Source: Candidatus Saccharimonadota bacterium (GTDB lineage: Bacteria > Patescibacteriota > Saccharimonadia > Saccharimonadales > Saccharimonadaceae). From it: 32,000 nt of DNA. Position numbers and translations under genes: made by a program. Shown here one piece after another: positions 24,833-31,339 of the stretch; position 1 is the first letter of the stretch; every line of letters begins with the position of its first letter. The notes under the pieces were generated by a model. That model did not search any database. It saw nothing but the letters and a program-made list of their open reading frames with translations, and had not been told where the DNA came from. The stretch covers positions 660,001-692,000 of the forward strand of contig CP075337.1 of assembly GCA_025349965.1 (NCBI GenBank), read 5' to 3'.

Positions 24833-25219
24833 CTAACGTATCCTTTTACTTACATATATACAAGCAACGACCTCGAAGAGCGTCACAAGAATAAATTCAC
24901 GAAGCCCTATTGGGCTGACAGACTGGAGGCCAATCAACATCACTGGCGCGGCCGCCAGCGGCACGGCGAAGTGGTACGCTCGCCGAAACGTCAGCGGACG
25001 AAGCGGCACGCTCCGAGGTACGCCAGAAAGAACAACCACCATGAGACGCCTGAAGCCATACAAAGCAGCGCTGATTACCCCCACGGACGCAATGTACGCT
25101 GACACGAAAAGCAGCAACAAGCCAAATGGCCCCGCATTCGCCGGTGAGGTAAGGAACAAAAGCAGGAGCAATACAAATATGCTCACAACAGTTGAAATGG
25201 TAACGACACGAATAAACAT
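24833..25219 (-). CDS. Hypothetical small integral membrane protein (about 4 TM)
   Basis: 128-aa ORF with four hydrophobic stretches separated by short basic loops. It is the first gene of the minus-strand run ending in the ATPase. The overlapping plus-strand ORF 24830..25102 is highly basic and looks like an antisense artefact. Confidence 0.55.
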   Translation of the reverse strand: MFIRVVTISTVVSIFVLLLLLFLTSPANAGPFGLLLLFVSAYIASVGVISAALYGFRRLMVVVLSGVPRSVPLRPLTFRRAYHFAVPLAAAPVMLIGLQSVSPIGLREFILVTLFEVVACIYVSKRIR

Positions 25220-26008
25220 TATTATTACTGTAGCATAGTGCCTATGGTTTAATTGTTTTTAGTATGCAAAAGCACCCCTAAAATAAGGGGTGCTCGGGAG
25301 CAGAAAAAATGACTATCTTGGAGTCCTAGCGACATCATTATAATGCCACGGTATCGAACATGCGCCGCTAAAAAATTACTATTAGGCGTGTGAACCGAAT
25401 GGCGAATGAGCCGCTAGAGACTTTTGACCGCTCCGGTAAAAACCGGGGCAACCGTTTTTGCTCGAGGTCTTATTCCACACACTTGCGTCAAGTAGTCTAC
25501 CAATATACAGGGGTTCGGACCCTATTTTCAGATACCTTTTGGACAGGTTCTGGTGATATACAAGGATTTACTTGACACAAGCATGGTACTAAAAACCAAC
25601 GCTTTTGGCGGAGCATCGGCGACGGCGTCTACTTATAGGGATACGTCCCACGCTGTAAATATTCTAAAAGAAGATTTATGGTATGAACGTTTGTTCTCTT
25701 GATGCTTTCTAAAACTGACGAGTGTTGTCACAAAATCCCATAAGGTGCGTTACCTTTAAAAGGCAATAAGAAGGAAGCTGTGCAGTACTACACTCAGGTA
25801 TACGGCATGCGTATACAGTTTAGTAAGCGGGTGTATTTACCAGGATGGTACATACGAGAGAGATTTATCTCTACAGGAGGCGTCACCGACTTTTCCGTCA
25901 AAATAGTCTTGTGAGTATATGTTCTTTTCTTTGAACGTTGCCGAATTGTTAAGGTGTTTTTTGTGGTGGCTTTTTTGAATGTTTTTGTTTTTCTCAAAGC
26001 TTACCTTT

Positions 26009-26037
26009 ACTTTAGCATAAGCATATCATTGGGTCAA
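26009..26037 (-). promoter_or_regulatory. Candidate promoter (TTGACC-17-TAAAGT) pointing into the 0.9-kb ORF-free region
   Basis: Minus strand reads ttgacc caatgatatgcttatgc taaagt. It is the best -35/-10 pair I could find on either strand of 25220-26141. Confidence 0.3.
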
Positions 26038-26141
26038 TAGTTTTGTTGTATTTGATGCGTGTATTTTATACAACACATTTTTTACATCTGTTCTGAATGA
26101 TTACGTTGATATATATACAACGTTGTATAAACTGTCGTTTA

Positions 26142-27095
26142 CTACGGCGTACAAATGGAATACGAGTCGTCAGGCGCACCACTCCAAGCGCATCCAGCAC
26201 TTGATCCGTCCCTAAATGGATAGAGGGTCTCACCTTCGGTTACCATAACTCCATCAACATCCACAGAAGAGTCCGACAGGCCAATTTGCATTCTTGGTGC
26301 GCTCGTTCCATTCCAATTAGTCGGTGTCGTCACTGTATGTGATATGCGCGTCCATGCCCCACCTCTGACGTTTCGATTCTGAATGATAGCCATAGCCGTA
26401 CCCGATTGGTTCGGGAAGGTCACCGTTAGACGATAGTTTACATAGACATCAGACCCATAGTTATGGCGAACATACATACTGATGGTATATTTCTTATTAG
26501 GCTTAACGAGGATATAGTCAACAGAATGCCCGCCCAGTGATATACCACCGCTACCAGAGGGAACAGTAATTCTTGCGTACGATGGGCCGAACATACCTCC
26601 GTTCGTCATAAACTGACCAGAGGCTGTACCGGTCGTAGCAATAACACCTGTCAATGCCATATTAGGGTTCTTGAAGTAGTTCACGATCATTGACTGTCCG
26701 TCAACACCATGACCGACACACGTACCTTGCTTCGGCAAGCTATTGCCGCTCTCTATATACCACGCCTCCCCCTTCAGAGATGCTGTTACGCAGAATGTAT
26801 TTGTAATAGGATTACCGTCATACTGTATAGCAGACTCACTACTTGGGAGTGTAATCCCATTAAGATCCCAAGGGTACTTGCCGCTTTCGCTGCGATACTT
26901 CATAACCGCAGCTGCCACACCGCGCGCATCGGTCTTTGCGGTCTCCTGACGACTGTCTTTAATAATCGCGTTATATGCAACCGTCACAATGCCAGCCAAA
27001 ATACCTATAACAACAATCACAACAACAAGTTCAACGATTGTAAATCCATGTATACGTATATTTTTCTGTAGCATATTAGATACCCGTTTATTCAT
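26142..27095 (-). CDS. Type IV pilin-like protein (prepilin N-terminal cleavage/methylation domain) with a large C-terminal beta-rich domain
   Basis: 317-aa ORF. The leader MNKRVSNMLQKNIRIHG is followed by FTIVELVVVIVVIGILAGI (G/F cleavage site, Glu at +5). Cys pairs occur at about 102/126 and 302/315. The start could instead be the ATG at 27074. Confidence 0.85.
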   Translation of the reverse strand: MNKRVSNMLQKNIRIHGFTIVELVVVIVVIGILAGIVTVAYNAIIKDSRQETAKTDARGVAAAVMKYRSESGKYPWDLNGITLPSSESAIQYDGNPITNTFCVTASLKGEAWYIESGNSLPKQGTCVGHGVDGQSMIVNYFKNPNMALTGVIATTGTASGQFMTNGGMFGPSYARITVPSGSGGISLGGHSVDYILVKPNKKYTISMYVRHNYGSDVYVNYRLTVTFPNQSGTAMAIIQNRNVRGGAWTRISHTVTTPTNWNGTSAPRMQIGLSDSSVDVDGVMVTEGETLYPFRDGSSAGCAWSGAPDDSYSICTP

Positions 27096-27186
27096 ACTTT
27101 TTATTTTAACACGAGCAGTATCCTGAAGCTTTCCACAGGCATGAAAATCGTGGTATTTTTTACTAAAAGATTATTAATAAAAGTCA

Positions 27187-27215
27187 TTGACATAAGCGTG
27201 ATTCCGTCATATTAT
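27187..27215 (+). promoter_or_regulatory. Near-consensus sigma70 promoter (TTGACA-17-TATTAT) with an upstream AT-rich tract
   Basis: ttgaca at 27187-27192, spacer taagcgtgattccgtca (17 nt), tattat at 27210-27215. Confidence 0.5.
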
Positions 27216-27221
27216 AGGGGT

Positions 27222-27319
27222 AGCTTCTGAATAAAAAACTTGTACAGAAGCCAAAAACAAAAAATAGACAAAAACTCCACGAAAAACGACCGTTCCTCGC
27301 AGGCGGTCGTTTTATTTTG
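27222..27319 (+). ncRNA. Candidate small RNA of about 100 nt, bounded by the promoter above and an intrinsic terminator
   Basis: It has no ORF or start codon with an SD. An internal hairpin pairs gcttctg with cagaagc. The terminal hairpin aacgaccg-ttcctcgcagg-cggtcgtt (27285-27311) is followed by ttattttgt. The same hairpin could alternatively act as a second minus-strand terminator for ssrA. Confidence 0.3.
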
Positions 27320-27389
27320 TACGTACATTCGGGTCATAAAGCACCAAGCGCCACATATAGTGCCGCGAACCAATCCCAAGCCCCAATAA

Positions 27390-27420
27390 AACAAAAAAAC
27401 ATTCCACAATGGGAATGTTT
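27390..27420 (-). terminator. Intrinsic terminator after the tmRNA
   Basis: Minus strand reads aaacattcc-cattgt-ggaatgttt followed by a U-run (tttttgtttt), starting about 13 nt after the ssrA CCA end. Confidence 0.7.
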
Positions 27421-27432
27421 TATTTTTCTGAT

Positions 27433-27833
27433 TGGTGGAGCTGCCGGGTACTGCCCCCGGGTCCAAAAGGTAACCTGATATTCCTCTACAAGCTTATTCT
27501 TTTGCGAATGACTTTAAAACCTATCAGACCTAAACAAAAGACAACCATAGTCTGAGCGGTTTCGCTGAAAAGTGTCCCCTGTGACGGCAGCTGCCCCGTC
27601 AAAGAGTAAGAAATGTGAATATAACACCGTCTGCCCTACATTTCATCGGGAAGAGCGATGGCTGCTAGTAATTAAGCAGCTAGTGCGAAAGCAGCTTGCT
27701 TCGGTGCGAACACCTGAGCAACCATAGCTTTCACGTTTGCAAGTTTTTCTGCAATTATGTAAACACCTTACGGGTGTGAAACGACTTGCCAAATATCCTG
27801 TTAAATTCCTCTTGTCGAAGCTGGGTCAGCCCC
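27433..27833 (-). ncRNA. ssrA: tmRNA (SsrA), one-piece, about 401 nt
   Basis: The 5' end reads ggggctgacccagcttcgac and the 3' end reads ggacccgggggcagtacccggcagctccacca. The acceptor stem has the G3:U pair and CCA. An internal tag frame ends ...gct ttc gca cta gct gct taa (…AFALAA stop). Confidence 0.85.
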
Positions 27834-27849
27834 ATCCACAGATGTATTC

Positions 27850-27878
27850 ATTGTAGCAAATTACCCCTATTTTAGCAA
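27850..27878 (-). promoter_or_regulatory. Candidate ssrA promoter (TTGCTA-17-TACAAT)
   Basis: Minus strand reads ttgcta aaataggggtaatttgc tacaat. The -10 element ends 16 nt upstream of the mature tmRNA 5' end. Confidence 0.55.
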
Positions 27879-27979
27879 TATATAACAGGGGTGATGCGCT
27901 CTTTCCAAAAACGTCTCTCTATTTAAAGACTTTTTCTTTATTTGGTTGGTATAGTCAGGGGCTAAGGAGGATACTTTCA

Positions 27980-29506
27980 ATGAAAAAACGGACCATCGCC
28001 TCAATACAGACAGTAGCACTCCACGGATTTAGCGGGGTACCGGTGCGCGTCGAAACCGATATACGCGCTGGATTACCCTCCCTTCAGATTGTCGGGATGG
28101 GAAATAAAGCAATTGACGAAGCCCGGCAACGAGTGCGAAGCGCAATTCTTAATAGCAGCCTTCAATTCCCCTCTCAAAAAGTCATTATCAACCTCGCCCC
28201 AGCTGAACTCCCAAAAGACGGAGCTCACTTTGACCTCCCTATTGCTATAAGCATCCTGCGCGCTAGCAATCAATTAACAGAGAGGCAGACACGCGAAGTG
28301 GCATTTATTGGCGAACTCTCCCTTAACGGCGACCTCCTCCCCGTACGGGGCGCCATCCTCTTCGCCGAAGCCGCGAAGGAGGCGGGTGCAACAAAACTTT
28401 TTGTACCTGTAGAGAGTTACGCTCAAGCCACGCTTGTTAAGGGGGTGGAAATTATCGCCACCACCTCATTGAAAGAGGCATTTCAGTGTCTCCGAGGGGT
28501 GCACACCCCTTCACCTCCCCATCCTGAACCAGCACCTCCGGCATCCTCCTCTGCACCCCTTCTCACGTTCAATAGCATCACAGGGCACGAAACAACCAAA
28601 CGTGCACTTACACTGGCCGTAGCAGGTCATCACAATATACTCCTCCATGGCCCACCCGGAAGCGGCAAAACCCACCTAGCCAAAGCGGCAACAGGGCTCC
28701 TGCCGCCCCTTACACCTCAAGAGGTTATAGAGGTAACAAAATTACACAGCCTCGCTGGAATAACCGATTCGCTCATTACAAATCCCCCGCTTCGTAGCCC
28801 ACATCACTCAGTCACCCGAACTGCGTTCATTGGTGGCGGCTCCCACCCCCGCCCAGGAGATATCAGCCTTGCCCACAGAGGTATCCTCCTGCTTGATGAA
28901 CTGCCCGAGTACCCTAGAGCAACACTTGAAGCACTCCGCCAACCCCTAGAGGACCGCCGCATCACCCTCTCGCGACTCTACGGCTCTATCACGTTTCCGG
29001 CAGACATGCTCCTCATCGCTACGATGAACCCCTGTCCTTGTGGTTTTTACCAAGATTCAGAGCGCACGTGTCGTTGCTCCATGGGACAAATCGCAGCCTA
29101 TACCAAAAAATTATCAGGTCCATTACTAGATAGAATTGACTTGCATGTATCGGTGCCACGCACGACAGATGAATACTATTTTGATACAAAACCGTTGACA
29201 AAAAATCAACAACAAACAGGGGCAGAAATGGTGCTAAACATAAGAAGAATACAAAAGTTGCGCTATAAAAGTAGTGTTTATTACAACGGAAATGCAAGCC
29301 CCGAAGTAATCAAAAAGTATTTTAAAGTCGAGCAGGCCGCTCACGCACTTGTTCAAAACGCTCAGAAGAATTTAGGCCTTTCAGGACGTGGCGCGCTGCA
29401 TACGCTGCGGGTTGCGCGTACCATTGCAGACGCAGCTCAATCATCCACCGTAAAAGCCGAGCATGTCGCCGAAGCGCTCCAGTTCAGGAGCGCCCTTCAT
29501 GTATAA
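27980..29506 (+). CDS. comM: YifB/ComM-family Mg-chelatase-like AAA+ ATPase
   Basis: 508-aa ORF preceded by the aaggagg SD. It has an N-terminal Lon-protease-like ChlI domain (GFSGVPVRVETDI..GLPSLQIVG), Walker A (GPPGSGKT), Walker B (GILLLDELPE) and a CPCG zinc-finger-like insert. Confidence 0.9.
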   Translation: MKKRTIASIQTVALHGFSGVPVRVETDIRAGLPSLQIVGMGNKAIDEARQRVRSAILNSSLQFPSQKVIINLAPAELPKDGAHFDLPIAISILRASNQLTERQTREVAFIGELSLNGDLLPVRGAILFAEAAKEAGATKLFVPVESYAQATLVKGVEIIATTSLKEAFQCLRGVHTPSPPHPEPAPPASSSAPLLTFNSITGHETTKRALTLAVAGHHNILLHGPPGSGKTHLAKAATGLLPPLTPQEVIEVTKLHSLAGITDSLITNPPLRSPHHSVTRTAFIGGGSHPRPGDISLAHRGILLLDELPEYPRATLEALRQPLEDRRITLSRLYGSITFPADMLLIATMNPCPCGFYQDSERTCRCSMGQIAAYTKKLSGPLLDRIDLHVSVPRTTDEYYFDTKPLTKNQQQTGAEMVLNIRRIQKLRYKSSVYYNGNASPEVIKKYFKVEQAAHALVQNAQKNLGLSGRGALHTLRVARTIADAAQSSTVKAEHVAEALQFRSALHV

Positions 29507-29530
29507 CCCTCAGATCCCCTTCTCCACCCC

Positions 29531-29559
29531 TTGTGTTACATCAAGAAATTTGCTAAAAT
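29531..29559 (+). promoter_or_regulatory. Candidate promoter for infC-rpmI-rplT (TTGTGT-17-TAAAAT with an extended -10 TGC)
   Basis: ttgtgt at 29531-29536, a 17-nt spacer ending in tgc, and taaaat at 29554-29559. Confidence 0.45.
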
Positions 29560-29645
29560 ATAAGGCGAGTAACAGCACAAAAAGAAGCTGCTCAATTACA
29601 GCCGATTCAATCGGCGTGCTAAACAAAACGGGTAAAGGAGCGTAT

Positions 29646-30155
29646 ATTAGCAACCAATCAATTCGTACCAATGGACAGATACGGGCAACCGAACTTCGTG
29701 TTATTGGTCAGTCAGGCGAACAACTCGGCATCATGAGCCGCCAAGAGGCACTTAAGCTTGCAGAGGAAGCGGGACTTGATTTGGTTGAGATATCTCCAAA
29801 TGCCGCCCCGCCTGTTGCAAAAATCGTGGACTGGGGTAAATTCCAGTACCAAAAGATGAAGGAGGATCGCAAGAACCGCCGTAGCAACAAGCAGAGTGAA
29901 CTAAAGCAAATGCGCTTCGGGCTTAAGATTGGACAGGGTGACCTTGAAATCAAGCTCCGAAAAGTACGCGAGTTCCTCGAAGAAGGTCATAAGGTTCGTA
30001 TTCAAATCTTCTACCGCGGTCGTGAGATGGCGCACAAAGAACTCGGATACGACATGATCCAAAAAATTGGCACAATGCTTGAAGAAGAAGCTGTATTTGA
30101 ACACCAGCCGCAAATGGCCGGCCGCAACTTGAGTGTTGTAGTTCGGAAGAAATAA
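29646..30155 (+). CDS. infC: Translation initiation factor IF-3, probable AUU start
   Basis: The ORF-track frame 29463..30155 contains IRTNGQIRATELRVIG...VAKIVDWGKFQYQ...IQIFYRGREMAH, typical of IF-3. aaaggag lies 5 nt upstream of in-frame ATT at 29646. AUU initiation of infC is a well-known autoregulatory feature. The upstream ATG at 29463 lies inside comM and would add about 60 unrelated residues. Confidence 0.85.
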   Translation: MSNQSIRTNGQIRATELRVIGQSGEQLGIMSRQEALKLAEEAGLDLVEISPNAAPPVAKIVDWGKFQYQKMKEDRKNRRSNKQSELKQMRFGLKIGQGDLEIKLRKVREFLEEGHKVRIQIFYRGREMAHKELGYDMIQKIGTMLEEEAVFEHQPQMAGRNLSVVVRKK

Positions 30156-30343
30156 CCGAACACCACCCTGGTAAACAGGGTACCAATGGAATTCTGGGAG
30201 GGATTCCGGCGCCGCTATGCCTACTCCGCATATGCGCAACTTACTCCAGCTACCTCCATGCGTTTCGTATGGGGCCGAAGGCGAAGAGTTAAAGATGACG
30301 AAAAGATTCGCATCTAAAAAAGTACTAACAAAGGAGCATAACA

Positions 30344-30538
30344 ATGCCTAAGCTAAAGACCCACAAGGGAACAGCAAAGCGTATCAAGGTTACCAGCACT
30401 GGTAAGCTTACACGTCGTCGCGCGTTTGGCGCTCACCTTCTCGCAAAGAAGAGCAAGAGCCGCAAGCGTCGCATCAACACTACCGCTGAAATCACTGGTG
30501 GTGAACGTAAAAATATTAAACGAGCCCTAGGAATTTAA
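30344..30538 (+). CDS. rpmI: 50S ribosomal protein L35
   Basis: 64 aa, [21 protein letters not shown]..., preceded by the aaaggag SD. Confidence 0.95.
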   Translation: MPKLKTHKGTAKRIKVTSTGKLTRRRAFGAHLLAKKSKSRKRRINTTAEITGGERKNIKRALGI

Positions 30539-30540
30539 TT

Positions 30541-30885
30541 ATGCGAGTCAAACGAGGAGTTACAGCACGTAACCGACACAAAAAGATTTTGGCACAAGCA
30601 AAGGGTATGCAGCACAACCGCACCCGTAGTTTCCGTCTTGCGAAGCAAGCAGTAACTCGTGCGCTTGAATACCAGTACCGCGACCGTCGCAACAAGAAGC
30701 GCGACCTCCGCTCGCTCTGGATTACACGTATCAACGCTGCTGCGCGCCTAGAAGGTACTACTTATGGAAAGCTTATCGCTGGCCTTAAGGCTTCTGGTGT
30801 AGAAGTTGACCGTAAGGTGCTTGCAGAGCTTGCAGTAAACGAACCTGCAGCTTTCAAGGCTATCGTTGCAACAGTAATTAAGTAG
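30541..30885 (+). CDS. rplT: 50S ribosomal protein L20
   Basis: 114 aa, [17 protein letters not shown]...[23 protein letters not shown]. Confidence 0.95.
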   Translation: MRVKRGVTARNRHKKILAQAKGMQHNRTRSFRLAKQAVTRALEYQYRDRRNKKRDLRSLWITRINAAARLEGTTYGKLIAGLKASGVEVDRKVLAELAVNEPAAFKAIVATVIK

Positions 30886-30904
30886 TTCTACTTCTTACAA
30901 CTAA

Positions 30905-30932
30905 AAAGCTCCGCTGAAATGCGGAGTTTTTT
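30905..30932. terminator. Bidirectional intrinsic terminator shared by rplT (+) and rnpB (-)
   Basis: ctccgc-tgaaat-gcggag hairpin flanked by aaaaag and tttttt. Confidence 0.75.
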
Positions 30933-30934
30933 AG

Positions 30935-31320
30935 TTGGCAGCAGGCCTATAAGCCGGGTTTTGTCGTGGACGATCATCTATCTAGTTACACCATTGCTGA
31001 TATACTCAAGCGGGTATCGGTTCAGCGAGCGGAACACTCTTCATGCTGGACCTCCTTGCAGCCGACAGGGTTTACCTTCCCCCCATGTCACCATGGGGCG
31101 CTGTGGGCTCTTACCCCACTCTTTTCACCCTTACCTCAGGTGTGCTCGCCGAGCCTTCGGTGTTAAGCCATTGACCTTGCGGGCGCCTGTTACGAGGCGG
31201 TATTGTTTCTGTGGCACTTTCCCTAGGGTTACCCCCGGTCGCCGTTAGCGACTGTCGTATCCTTTGCTGCCCGGACTTTCCTCTTGCAGTAGCTGCAAGC
31301 GATCGCCTAGCGAGCTGCCT
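30935..31320 (-). ncRNA. rnpB: RNase P RNA (bacterial type A)
   Basis: The minus strand contains gaggaaagtccgggc (CR-I), acagaaacaataccgcc, ggtaagggtgaaaagagtggggtaagagcccac, ggtaaaccc and acaaaacccggcttat. The P1 helix pairs ggcagc with gctgcc. An extended -10 (tgctaaaat, 31328-31336) sits just upstream. ORF-track entries 30919..31248 and 30966..31166 are artefacts. Confidence 0.88.
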
Positions 31321-31339
31321 ATGATTTATTTTAGCACAA

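Noticed and set aside
24830-25102. 90-aa plus-strand ORF, very basic (R/K/H-rich).
   Set aside because: It is antisense to the 4-TM membrane-protein ORF, which has a far more protein-like hydrophobicity pattern and fits the operon's strand.
17543-25219. The possibility that the T4CP-like ATPase block is an integrative conjugative element or prophage remnant.
   Set aside because: No integrase, relaxase, transposase, flanking direct repeats or tRNA-adjacent att-like site is visible. Composition does not look different from the flanking housekeeping genes by eye. The call stays open rather than being labelled a mobile element.
25780-25914. Unlisted 44-codon ORF (GTG start after agaaggaag; MQYYTQVYGMRIQFSKRVYLPGWYIRERFISTGGVTDFSVKIVL) inside the 0.9-kb ORF-free region. 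The listed ORFs 25390..25575 (+) and 25794..25997 (-) were also considered.
   Set aside because: None of them can be supported. SD spacing is marginal, nothing can be said about conservation, and the segment overlaps strong RNA hairpins. The 44-codon ORF is kept only as a note in case comparative data show it is conserved.
26709-27071. 120-aa and 68-aa plus-strand ORFs.
   Set aside because: They are antisense to the type IV pilin gene, whose N-terminal signature is unmistakable.
27212-27466. 84-aa minus-strand ORF.
   Set aside because: Its 5' part overlaps the tmRNA 3' end. The rest spans two terminator hairpins and the sRNA candidate. It has odd composition (W/C/F-rich) and no SD.
29901-30344. 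147-aa minus-strand ORF, plus 29950..30231 and 29708..29953.
   Set aside because: They are antisense to infC and its spacer and have no motifs. IF-3 on the plus strand explains the region.
30919-31248. 109-aa and 66-aa plus-strand ORFs (30919..31248 and 30966..31166) downstream of rplT.
   Set aside because: The region is the RNase P RNA gene on the opposite strand, with all the conserved CR motifs present. The ORFs are Pro/Arg/Cys-rich artefacts of GC-rich structured RNA.
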